IMG/VR virus record: IMGVR_UViG_3300032287_001394
Direction: 5' to 3' (one strand)
Length of the DNA: 64,000 bases
Origin: a virus
Positions within the stretch are counted from its first letter, which is position 1. Each line of letters starts with the position of its first letter. The position numbers and the translations under genes were made by a program. The notes beneath the pieces are model-generated. The model made no database searches. It was not told where the DNA came from and saw only the letters and a program-made list of their open reading frames with translations. Shown one piece after another: positions 27,561-36,386 of this stretch.

Positions 27561-27911
27561 ATGACAAAGCAATATTCAAGACCTTCGGCAAACATCTTAT
27601 TAGAAGCTGCCGATATCCAAGAAAAGAAAGGCAATGACTATAACAATGCTGCAAGTCGGGTACAACAAGCCGACTACTATGAGCATGGTGTATGGACAAT
27701 CCTTGACATCATCAAAGCAAAATACCTTAGAATGGTATCTGTATTAGAAGCACAAGAAGCTGGTGGTCAACCAAACTATGAATCAGTTGAAGACTCTGCA
27801 CTTGACATGATTAACTATGCATCATTCGTGGTAGCATATTGTCGTGGTCAAATTCCTGGTCAAGATCCAGATAAAGACATCTTTAATAAGCCAAAGAAGG
27901 ATGTAGAATGA
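27561..27911 (+). CDS. Nucleotide-modification-associated domain 1 (DUF1599-like) protein
   Basis: KKGNDY, K..R, ESVEDS.LD.INYA. Confidence 0.75.
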   Translation: MTKQYSRPSANILLEAADIQEKKGNDYNNAASRVQQADYYEHGVWTILDIIKAKYLRMVSVLEAQEAGGQPNYESVEDSALDMINYASFVVAYCRGQIPGQDPDKDIFNKPKKDVE

Positions 27912-28597
27912 GTACAGTCTATGGTGTAAGTAATATTAGAAACATCTTTAAAGAAAAGTTAAAGATGGAAGAGTTCGTTTATGATAAGACTAGTGTTAAA
28001 ACAATTGAGATTATAAATGCGGCATTCTTTGCTAATCAACCAACAATCTTTGGTACAGTCAATGAAGACTATGTTAAAAGAGAATTAGATTGGTATAAGT
28101 CTATGTCATTAAATGTTAATGATATTCCAGGTGGTCCACCAGAGATTTGGAAGATGGTATCATCAAAAGATGGTATGATTAACTCAAACTATGGTTGGTG
28201 TATATATTCTAAAGAGAATGGTTCACAGTTTATAAAAGTTGTAGATGAATTAGTTCGTAATCCAGGTTCTCGTAGAGCTACTATGATCTATACGCGACCA
28301 ACCATGCATGATGATTATAATATTGATGGAATGTCTGACTTCATGTGCACTAACACAGTCCAATATTTAATTAGAGACTGTAAACTGCATGCTATAGTTA
28401 ACATGAGATCAAACGATGCAGTGTTTGGTTATAAGAATGATTATGCATGGCAAAAGCATGTATTACTTGAAGTATGGGAATACTTAAGAAACGGCTATAA
28501 ACACTTATTAGATCTTAAGATAGGCGATATCTATTGGAACGTAGCATCTCTTCATGTATACGAAAGGCATTTTAAGTTCATCGATGGCAGCGATTAA
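27908..28597 (+). CDS. 42: dCMP hydroxymethylase (T4 gp42-like, thymidylate synthase fold)
   Basis: INSNYGW, DFMCTNTVQYLIRD, MRSNDAVFGYKNDYAWQ; Asp at the base-specificity position as in T4 gp42. Confidence 0.88.
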   Translation: MSTVYGVSNIRNIFKEKLKMEEFVYDKTSVKTIEIINAAFFANQPTIFGTVNEDYVKRELDWYKSMSLNVNDIPGGPPEIWKMVSSKDGMINSNYGWCIYSKENGSQFIKVVDELVRNPGSRRATMIYTRPTMHDDYNIDGMSDFMCTNTVQYLIRDCKLHAIVNMRSNDAVFGYKNDYAWQKHVLLEVWEYLRNGYKHLLDLKIGDIYWNVASLHVYERHFKFIDGSD

Positions 28598-29042
28598 TAA
28601 ATGGTACAAGCGATACCTTAAACTCGCAAAAGAAGTTGCAACGTGGTCAAAAGATCCTAACACTCAAGTTGGTGCAATCGTGGTTGGATCTAAGGGTCAA
28701 ATCTTATCTCAGGGATATAATGGATTCCCACGTGGTATATCTGATTTAAGTAAAAGATTAAATGATAGAGATACAAAGCTATCGCTAATTGTACACGCTG
28801 AGATGAATGCAATATATAATGCTACATATTCAGGTGTATCATTAGACGGTTCAACCATATTCATTCATGGTTTACCAGCATGCTCTGAGTGTGCAAAAGG
28901 AATCATTCAAGTGGGTATAAAGAAAGTAGTAGTATCAAAAGAATGTATTGAAGCTAGACCACATTGGAACGAGTCATGGAAAAAATCCATCGCGATGTTC
29001 GCTGAGGCTGGCATAACAGTTTATGTAATCAATGAGGAGTAA
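28584..29042 (+). CDS. cd: dCMP deaminase
   Basis: SKDPNTQVGA, GYNG, HAE, PACSEC. Confidence 0.93.
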   Translation: MAAINKWYKRYLKLAKEVATWSKDPNTQVGAIVVGSKGQILSQGYNGFPRGISDLSKRLNDRDTKLSLIVHAEMNAIYNATYSGVSLDGSTIFIHGLPACSECAKGIIQVGIKKVVVSKECIEARPHWNESWKKSIAMFAEAGITVYVINEE

Positions 29043-29044
29043 TC

Positions 29045-29230
29045 ATGGCACAACCAGGAAATAAACAAGTTCATAAGTCAAAACGTCATAATAATCCTAT
29101 GACATATAAGAGTGGTAAGCCAAGACTTAGGACTCTTAATGTAACACAGCTTACTGCACTAGTTGAGAAGACACAAGTAAAGAAAGAAAAAAGTAAGATC
29201 ACACGTGAAATCGCAAGGAGATCTAAGTGA
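29045..29230 (+). CDS. Small basic hypothetical protein
   Basis: GAGGAG SD. Confidence 0.65.
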   Translation: MAQPGNKQVHKSKRHNNPMTYKSGKPRLRTLNVTQLTALVEKTQVKKEKSKITREIARRSK

Positions 29231-29475
29231 AAGCATTAAAATTTTATGCAACATGGTGTGAACCATGTAAAGCGTTATCAAAGATCATCGAAGGGGCTCG
29301 AGACAAGATCACTATGCCTATCGAAGACATTGATATCGAACAAAACATGGAATTGGCACAGAAGTATGGTATCCGTGGGGTACCAGCACTCGTCATCGTA
29401 GACGATGAAGGAAAAGAAGTAAAACGTCAAAGTGGTATGGTGATGGAAGATAAGTTATTAGAATTTTTAAAATAA
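29227..29475 (+). CDS. Thioredoxin
   Basis: WCEPC, cis-Pro GVP. Confidence 0.9.
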   Translation: MKALKFYATWCEPCKALSKIIEGARDKITMPIEDIDIEQNMELAQKYGIRGVPALVIVDDEGKEVKRQSGMVMEDKLLEFLK

Positions 29476-29484
29476 GGAAACAAC

Positions 29485-30561
29485 ATGGGACTATTAGATA
29501 AGATTAGAAGTAACTCAACGATCAAAGACTCGGAAGTATTATCCAAGTCTAAGTTCTTTACAAAGAAGGACATGATACCTACATCTATTCCAGCAATTAA
29601 TATTGCATTGAGTGGTAAACTTGATGGTGGTTTAACACCAGGTTTAACGATGTGGGCAGGTCCATCTAAACACTTTAAGACAGCGTTCTCATTATTGATG
29701 GCTAAGTCTTATATGGATAAGTATGCAGACTCTGTGCTATTGTTTTACGATTCAGAGTTTGGTACACCTCAATCATACTTTGAATCATTTGGTATCGACC
29801 AAACAAGAGTGCTACATACTCCAGTAACTGATGTAGAACAACTTAAGTTTGATATCATGAAGCAGATCCAAGGTATCGAGCGTGATGACAAGATCATGAT
29901 CATCATCGATTCTATTGGTAACTTAGCTTCGAAGAAAGAAGTTGAAGATACACTTGACGGTAAGTCTGTCGCAGATATGTCAAGAGCAAAACAAATCAAG
30001 TCATTGTTTAGAATGGTTACACCACACCTTACATTAAAAGATATCCCAATGGTAGTGGTCAATCATACTTACATGACTATGGAGATGTACTCTAAGCCAG
30101 TAGTTGGTGGTGGTACAGGCTCATACTATTCAGCAGATAACATCTACATCCTTGGTAGACAACAAGATAAGGATGGTACAGAGTTAACTGGTTGGAACTT
30201 TATTATTAACGTGGAGAAATCAAGATATGTCCGTGAAAAGTCAAAGATACCTATTACTGTTTCTTTTGATGGTGGTATTAGCAAGTGGAGTGGGTTGCTT
30301 GATATTGCTTTGGAAACTGGTCATGTGGCTAAGCCATCTGTTGGTTGGTTTGCTCGTGTAAACAAAGAGACTGGTGAGATTGGTGATAAGTTTAGAATCA
30401 AAGATACAGACACTAAAGAGTTTTGGATGCCTATCCTTATGGATAAATCATTCCAAGATGCAGTCAAAGACAAGTATCAAGTCGCTCATGGTGCCATCAT
30501 CAAAGATGAAGACATCGATGTTGAACTAGCTTCTATCGAGGACGACGAAATTGTTGCATAA
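29485..30561 (+). CDS. uvsX: RecA-like recombinase UvsX
   Basis: GPSKHFKT, YDSEFG, DSIGNLASKKE, VVGGGTG. Confidence 0.96.
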   Translation: MGLLDKIRSNSTIKDSEVLSKSKFFTKKDMIPTSIPAINIALSGKLDGGLTPGLTMWAGPSKHFKTAFSLLMAKSYMDKYADSVLLFYDSEFGTPQSYFESFGIDQTRVLHTPVTDVEQLKFDIMKQIQGIERDDKIMIIIDSIGNLASKKEVEDTLDGKSVADMSRAKQIKSLFRMVTPHLTLKDIPMVVVNHTYMTMEMYSKPVVGGGTGSYYSADNIYILGRQQDKDGTELTGWNFIINVEKSRYVREKSKIPITVSFDGGISKWSGLLDIALETGHVAKPSVGWFARVNKETGEIGDKFRIKDTDTKEFWMPILMDKSFQDAVKDKYQVAHGAIIKDEDIDVELASIEDDEIVA

Positions 30562-30847
30562 GATCCAATATGAGACTGAACCTTACGGTACTAACCAGTA
30601 TTCAATAGAATATACAAATGGTAAGTATACTGGTATCAAGATCGTATTAGGTGCAGTTAAACTTGAAGAGAACCAAAAACAAGATAACTGTACATTAAAA
30701 TACAACTATGATATAATTGAAGGTATAGTTGAGGATTCTGATAAGAAAGAATTCGATAATTATATTGGCGACACCCTCATGCAGATGTTGAGTGATGGTG
30801 TCAAGAACAATGATTTAATTTATTCTGGCGGTGTTGATGAGAATTGA
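30551..30847 (+). CDS. Hypothetical protein in the gp40 position
   Basis: Synteny between uvsX and 41 only. Confidence 0.55.
   Translation: MLHKIQYETEPYGTNQYSIEYTNGKYTGIKIVLGAVKLEENQKQDNCTLKYNYDIIEGIVEDSDKKEFDNYIGDTLMQMLSDGVKNNDLIYSGGVDEN
30689..30717 (+). promoter_or_regulatory. Intragenic early-type promoter upstream of gene 41
   Basis: TGTACA-N17-TATAAT. Confidence 0.7.
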
Positions 30848-32225
30848 AAATACAATCTTAAGTAACTTAGTACACAATGAACAGTACTGTCGTAAAGTAT
30901 TGCCATTCTTAAAGAAGAGATACTTCTCTGAACGTAAAGAAGCAGTCGTCTTCGAAGAGATCAATAAGTTCTTCGAGACTTATAATAAACCAGTAACACA
31001 AGAGATCCTTGCCATCGAAGTAAACAATCGTAAGGATATCTCTGATACAGACCTTAAAGACCAACAACAGTTGATCGGTGGTCTAACAAAACAAGACACT
31101 AATGAGGAGTGGTTACTAAATGAAACAGAAACCTTTTGTAAGAAGAAAGCAGTCTATAACGCAATCCTCGATTCCATCGGTATTATCGAAGGAAAAGACA
31201 AAGAACGACAAGATGATGCAATTCCAGCTCTACTTTCAGATGCTCTTGGCGTTAGTTTCGATAATCATGTTGGTCACAATTATCTCGACGATTCTGATTC
31301 ACGGTATGAGTTCTATCATCGCGTAGAAGAAAAGATCCCGTTCGATCTTGATATGTTGAACAAGATCACTAAAGGTGGTTTGAGTAATAAGACACTTAAT
31401 GTTATCCTCGCAGGTACAGGTGTGGGTAAATCATTGTTCATGTGTCATTGTGCTGCAGCAAATTTACTTAATAACAAGAACGTGTTGTATATTACCATGG
31501 AGATGGCAGAAGAACGCATCGCAGAACGTATCGATGCAAACCTATTGAACCTCTCTATGGATGAATTAAAGGTGGTCGATAAACCCATCTTTGATAGTCG
31601 TTTAGATAAAGTCAGGAAGAAGTCTCAAGGTAAGTTGACTATTAAAGAATACCCTACGGCCGGTGCCCATGCTGGTCACTTTAGGGCATTACTTGAAGAG
31701 TTAAAACTTAAGCAAGAGTTTTCTCCTGACATCATCTATATCGACTATCTAAATATATGTAGTTCACAACGACTTCGATATGGGGCTAACGTAAACAGTT
31801 ATACCTATGTCAAGACGATTGCTGAGGAACTAAGGGGTTTGGCAGTTGAGTATAATGTACCTATCGTGAGTGCCACACAGACTACTCGGTCCGGTTTTAC
31901 GAATTCCGACCCAGGTCTTGAGGACACATCCGAATCCTTTGGTTTGCCAGCAACAGTTGATCTTATGTTGGCTTTGATCTCCACTGAGGAGCTTGAAGGA
32001 CTTAACCAACTTATGGTTAAACAACTTAAGAACCGTTATAATGATCCAAGTTATTATAAACGCTTTGTGATTGGTGTTGATAGGTCTAAGATGAAACTAT
32101 ATGATGTAGAAGTATCTGCGCAAAATAACATCTCAGATTCTGGTCAAGATGATAAACCTGTATTCGATAAGTCAGACTTTGGTAAGCGGGTCACGGCTGA
32201 AGAGTTTACGGGATTTAAGTTTTAA
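30837..32225 (+). CDS. 41: Replicative DnaB-like helicase gp41
   Basis: AGTGVGKS, TMEMAEE, IDYL, SATQ, SESFGLP, KNRY. Confidence 0.97.
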   Translation: MRIENTILSNLVHNEQYCRKVLPFLKKRYFSERKEAVVFEEINKFFETYNKPVTQEILAIEVNNRKDISDTDLKDQQQLIGGLTKQDTNEEWLLNETETFCKKKAVYNAILDSIGIIEGKDKERQDDAIPALLSDALGVSFDNHVGHNYLDDSDSRYEFYHRVEEKIPFDLDMLNKITKGGLSNKTLNVILAGTGVGKSLFMCHCAAANLLNNKNVLYITMEMAEERIAERIDANLLNLSMDELKVVDKPIFDSRLDKVRKKSQGKLTIKEYPTAGAHAGHFRALLEELKLKQEFSPDIIYIDYLNICSSQRLRYGANVNSYTYVKTIAEELRGLAVEYNVPIVSATQTTRSGFTNSDPGLEDTSESFGLPATVDLMLALISTEELEGLNQLMVKQLKNRYNDPSYYKRFVIGVDRSKMKLYDVEVSAQNNISDSGQDDKPVFDKSDFGKRVTAEEFTGFKF

Positions 32226-32226
32226 C

Positions 32227-32257
32227 AAAGGGGCTTCGGCTCCTTTTTTTATAAATA
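32227..32257 (+). terminator. Terminator (GGGGC-TTCG-GCTCC-T7) fused to late promoter TATAAATA (32250-32257)
   Basis: UUCG hairpin with U-tract; marks replication-to-late boundary. Confidence 0.85.
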
Positions 32258-32261
32258 GACT

Positions 32262-33653
32262 ATGGCTAAAATATACTATCAAAGCGAAGCAGGATTTTCT
32301 AAAATAAATGAAAAAAATGCTGCATTTAAAAAGACTTTCCCTAAATTAAAAGGTTATAATAATCTATATTTAGAGACTGATGATGGTAAATTTAATGGTA
32401 CTCCAACACTAAAACTTGTCTCAAAAGAAAAGACAGTTTTTCAAGAAATATATAAGATCTTAGCTAGTAATGCAAATACTAAAGCTGTTGAAAAAGAAAA
32501 GTTTAACGTAGCAACATTTACCTCTGCAGCATTTACTATAAAATTATATAAGTCTGGTGGAGGTTTTGCAAATATCATAGATTTTGATGGTAATGCAGTA
32601 AACTCTAAGACTCCTACTACAGCACAACAAGAAGATGCTATAAAGTTTATATTAGAAACTGGTTCAAAATATCCTACTAAAGAAACTATTAATAAAGCTA
32701 TTAAGTTTGAATTTGATAAGTCATGGCACGAATCTTTTATAAAATCATATAATGCTATTATAACAGTCATACCTAAAACATCACTATCACAATACAACTA
32801 TTATAGAGATAGTAATAAAGACAAGATAGAATTTTTAAATAATATTACTGATGCCAAGATCCTTCCAGATAAGAAGGACAATTGGAATCCATCTGATATA
32901 TGGTGTGTTAAAAAAACTAAAGAAGTTGCATTAAATAAAGAAGCTAATACGCTATATAAATCTATCATATCTAATAAGTCGACAGTAGAAGATCTAAATG
33001 GATTCATATCAACTAAGTTTAAAGATAAGTCTTTAATAGGTATATCTTTAAAAAAGGTTGATGGTAAAACGGCTACTATCACTAAGATAGAAACTGATAC
33101 CAAAATGTCAGATAATTTAACTTATACTGGAATCACAGATAAGTTTGAGTACTTAACTATAAACAGTTACTTTGACTTTCTTTTAGATTTTACTTTCTAT
33201 AAAGAAGTCATAAACTATAGGTTTAGATTTAGACCGAGAGCAAAGTCTGGACAATTAAAAACATATGGAGAAGGACAACCCCAGACTGCAAAAGTATTTG
33301 ATGGTGCTATATCAGCAAACTTAATCAATGAATTATTTCCGAATATAACTGGTTGGATATCATATTGTGAAACTACTATTCCTATAAAAAGTACTGTTAG
33401 GAACACAATTCAAGGTCAGCCATATGATAAGAACTTTGCAGCATTTATTAAATCTCCAAAGTTTAGCTTTGTAAATGTAAGCGGATTAGATGATAAAGAA
33501 CCTGATCCATATAAGATACGTAGAGCGTGTGTATTACTTTACTACATATGGCATCTTGAAACAGTAGCTAATAAGAAGGATGTATTTAAAAAGATGTTTT
33601 TGGCAGCTAAAAAGCTTAATTCTTTCTCATCCATTCATTATAAAGTATATTAA
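32262..33653 (+). CDS. Late protein with PD-(D/E)XK-like nuclease motif
   Basis: TAQQE, WNPSDIW, GISLK; AT-rich. Confidence 0.55.
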   Translation: MAKIYYQSEAGFSKINEKNAAFKKTFPKLKGYNNLYLETDDGKFNGTPTLKLVSKEKTVFQEIYKILASNANTKAVEKEKFNVATFTSAAFTIKLYKSGGGFANIIDFDGNAVNSKTPTTAQQEDAIKFILETGSKYPTKETINKAIKFEFDKSWHESFIKSYNAIITVIPKTSLSQYNYYRDSNKDKIEFLNNITDAKILPDKKDNWNPSDIWCVKKTKEVALNKEANTLYKSIISNKSTVEDLNGFISTKFKDKSLIGISLKKVDGKTATITKIETDTKMSDNLTYTGITDKFEYLTINSYFDFLLDFTFYKEVINYRFRFRPRAKSGQLKTYGEGQPQTAKVFDGAISANLINELFPNITGWISYCETTIPIKSTVRNTIQGQPYDKNFAAFIKSPKFSFVNVSGLDDKEPDPYKIRRACVLLYYIWHLETVANKKDVFKKMFLAAKKLNSFSSIHYKVY

Positions 33654-33678
33654 CAATCCATTACAATCCATTACAATC
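33652..33678. repeat. Short tandem repeat (ACAATCCATT) about 2.6 copies
   Basis: aACAATCCATTACAATCCATTACAATC. Confidence 0.7.
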
Positions 33679-33729
33679 TCGTAACACCTTTAATTAGATA
33701 GTATGGTATAATAAGAATATAGAGAATTT

Positions 33730-34338
33730 ATGCTCAAATTTAAAGAATACATAACAGAACAAAAAGAAGGCTACCTAAGCATATTTGACATAGATGACAC
33801 CTTATTCCATACGACTGCCCAAATCATAATCCGTAAGTCTGGTAAGGTTTTAAAGAAGCTGTCTTCAGCTGACTTTAACCATTATAAATTAGATCCTGGA
33901 GAGTCTGCAGACTTCTCAGAGTTTGAGGATGCAGAGAAGTTCAATAAAGAATCAACACCTATCACAAAGATGTTTAATAAGGCTAAGGCACTCCTTGCTG
34001 ATACCCACAAGCATCCAAACAATAAAGTCATCATAGTCACAGCAAGACCTGACTCAGATGATAAGAACAAATTCCTAGCCACCTTCCGTAAGTACGGCTT
34101 CCCAATCGATAATGTAAGGGTAGAAAGGGCTGGCAAGATATCAGCACTATCTGCTCCGCAATCAAAAGCAATCATCATCCACAACTATCTACAAACCAAA
34201 CAATTTAATAAAGTAAGGCTGTTCGATGATAGTATAAATAACCTAAAGGAGTTTCTCAAGTTAGAGAAACATTTTCCAGATGTTAAGTTTACAGCTTGGC
34301 ATGCACATATAGATGGGTCAGTGAGACAAGTAAAATGA
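33730..34338 (+). CDS. HAD-superfamily phosphatase with capsid-targeting-like N-terminus
   Basis: FDIDDT, VTAR, FDDS; MLKFKEYITE. Confidence 0.8.
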   Translation: MLKFKEYITEQKEGYLSIFDIDDTLFHTTAQIIIRKSGKVLKKLSSADFNHYKLDPGESADFSEFEDAEKFNKESTPITKMFNKAKALLADTHKHPNNKVIIVTARPDSDDKNKFLATFRKYGFPIDNVRVERAGKISALSAPQSKAIIIHNYLQTKQFNKVRLFDDSINNLKEFLKLEKHFPDVKFTAWHAHIDGSVRQVK

Positions 34339-35522
34339 TAGAATTTAAGCAATTCATAACAGAAGCCAAAGATGATGGCAAAGTAAAGCATATCCACCAT
34401 CCAGAGGATAGACCATTAATCGATGGTAAGAAGGGTTTTGAACATGCTATGGGTGTCTTACATCAAGCTTCTGAACATGTAGCTAAAGGTAAGAACGATT
34501 CAAGCATGACGATGAAGTACGACGGCTCTCCAGCTATTGTATTCGGTCATGACCCAAAGACAAAGAAGTTCTTTGTAGCTTCTAAGTCTGCATTCAATAA
34601 GAACCCAAAGATCAACTATACTCCTGAAGACATCGAACGAAACCATGGCCATGCGCCAGGTCTTGTAGAGAAGCTTAAGGATGCATTAGCACACTTACCT
34701 AAGATAGCACCTAAAGAAGGTGTATTCCAAGGCGACCTAATGTTTAGTGGTAAAGATGTAAGGCATAACCCAAACGGATCAGCATCATTCACACCTAATA
34801 CCATCACATACTCTGCACATGGTACAGAAGCACATGCGGTCAAGAAAGCTAAACTTGGCGTGGTAGTCCATACTCAATATAATGGTAGAAACCTGGCAGA
34901 CATGAAAGCTTCACCACAATTAACACATAAGTTTAAGACACATACTGATGTATGGAATAAACCTGCAACACATAATTCTAGTATAACAAACTATTCACCA
35001 GCTGACCAACTTAAGTTTAAAAAACATATGGAAGCTGCACAAAAGATCCATACAGAAGGTGGTAAACAGATGTATACTGCTACTGAACAGCATCATGGCG
35101 AAGGTGGTCATCTAGCTACTTACATCAATCAAACTGTTCGTAACGTAGCAAAGCCTACGGCCCAAGGATTACAACAACACATCATGGATAAGTCTCAGAT
35201 CGTTCAATCAAGACTTAAGACTGCAGCAAAAGCACAAGAGAAACAACAGTCAGCACAAGCAGAAGTCAACTATATCCAAAAGAACCGAGAACACTATGAC
35301 AACCTATTAAAGATGCATCAACACCTTGCTGCAGCAAAGAACGTATTAGTCAGTACACTTAACCAACATCCTGGTACCCTTAGTCATCATATCGATGGTA
35401 AAGAGACACATCCAGAAGGTTACGTGGTGACACATAAGAATGAACCTACAAAGTTAGTAAACAGAGCAGAGTTCAGCAGAGCAAACCTAATGAAAGTGAG
35501 GAAACCAAATGTTAACGTTTAA
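34335..35522 (+). CDS. DUF6267-like protein (RNA-ligase-like nucleotidyltransferase motifs)
   Basis: KYDGSP, QGDLMF, PEGYVV, KLVNR; MIEFKQFITE. Confidence 0.7.
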   Translation: MIEFKQFITEAKDDGKVKHIHHPEDRPLIDGKKGFEHAMGVLHQASEHVAKGKNDSSMTMKYDGSPAIVFGHDPKTKKFFVASKSAFNKNPKINYTPEDIERNHGHAPGLVEKLKDALAHLPKIAPKEGVFQGDLMFSGKDVRHNPNGSASFTPNTITYSAHGTEAHAVKKAKLGVVVHTQYNGRNLADMKASPQLTHKFKTHTDVWNKPATHNSSITNYSPADQLKFKKHMEAAQKIHTEGGKQMYTATEQHHGEGGHLATYINQTVRNVAKPTAQGLQQHIMDKSQIVQSRLKTAAKAQEKQQSAQAEVNYIQKNREHYDNLLKMHQHLAAAKNVLVSTLNQHPGTLSHHIDGKETHPEGYVVTHKNEPTKLVNRAEFSRANLMKVRKPNVNV

Positions 35523-35784
35523 AGAATACTTAGAAGAAGACAAATATAAATCAGAGACTGGTGGATTGACTCGTGCTGGTGTAGATAAGTATAATAGAGA
35601 AAATCCAGGAAGTAACTTGAAGATGGCTGTGACGACTCCTCCATCAAAGTTAGACCCTAAAGGTAAAGCCGCAGGAAGACGTAAATCGTTCTGTGCTCGT
35701 ATGGGCGGAGTTAAAGGTCCTATGAAAGACGAAAACGGTAAACCAACAAGGAAAGCATTAGCATTAAGGAAATGGAATTGTTAA
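35509..35784 (+). CDS. Small basic protein (DUF6321-like)
   Basis: GGLT..G...Y.RENPGS.L, RRKSFCARM, LRKWNC; MLTFKEYLEE. Confidence 0.7.
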   Translation: MLTFKEYLEEDKYKSETGGLTRAGVDKYNRENPGSNLKMAVTTPPSKLDPKGKAAGRRKSFCARMGGVKGPMKDENGKPTRKALALRKWNC

Positions 35785-36386
35785 ACTTTAAAGACTTCAT
35801 TACAGAGGACAAAGACCCACAACACCACCACGTGTTGGCTTTTGGTCGTATGAACCCTCCAACTTCTGGCCATATGGCAGTAATTAACAAAGTTCATGAT
35901 GTGGCTAAGAAGCAAGGCGCAGAACACACTGTCGTGACTTCACACAGCCATGATCCTAAGAAAAACCCATTGTCTCCTCAACAAAAGAAGAAACACCTTA
36001 AACGATTTGCACCAGGTACAAACTTTGAGTCATCATCTGCAGAACATCCAACTATCCTACATCACGCAGCAGAACTACATAAGAAAGGTGTCACACACCT
36101 ACATGTAGTAGTAGGATCAGATCGTAAGAAAGAGATGACATCCTTATTAAATAGGTATAATAATAAGAAGTCTAGTCATGGTCACTATAACTTTAAGAAG
36201 ATAACTGTACACTCTGCAGGTCAAAGAGATCCTGATTCAGAGGGTGCAAGTGGAGTATCAGGTACTAAACAAAGAGAGCATGCCCGTACTGGTAACTATG
36301 CGGCGTTCCGCAAGGGCGTACCAGAACATGTATCGCATGCACACGCTAAAGAATTGATGCACGACGTACAACATGGAAGCAAATAG
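35772..36386 (+). CDS. HIGH-superfamily nucleotidyltransferase (cytidyltransferase-like)
   Basis: FGRMNPPTSGH, KNPL, VVGSDR, SAG.RDPD, SGTK.R. Confidence 0.85.
   Translation: MELLNFKDFITEDKDPQHHHVLAFGRMNPPTSGHMAVINKVHDVAKKQGAEHTVVTSHSHDPKKNPLSPQQKKKHLKRFAPGTNFESSSAEHPTILHHAAELHKKGVTHLHVVVGSDRKKEMTSLLNRYNNKKSSHGHYNFKKITVHSAGQRDPDSEGASGVSGTKQREHARTGNYAAFRKGVPEHVSHAHAKELMHDVQHGSK

Noticed and set aside
27908-28597. Annotation as ordinary thymidylate synthase or dUMP hydroxymethylase
   Set aside because: Motifs follow T4 gp42, with Asp rather than Asn at the specificity position
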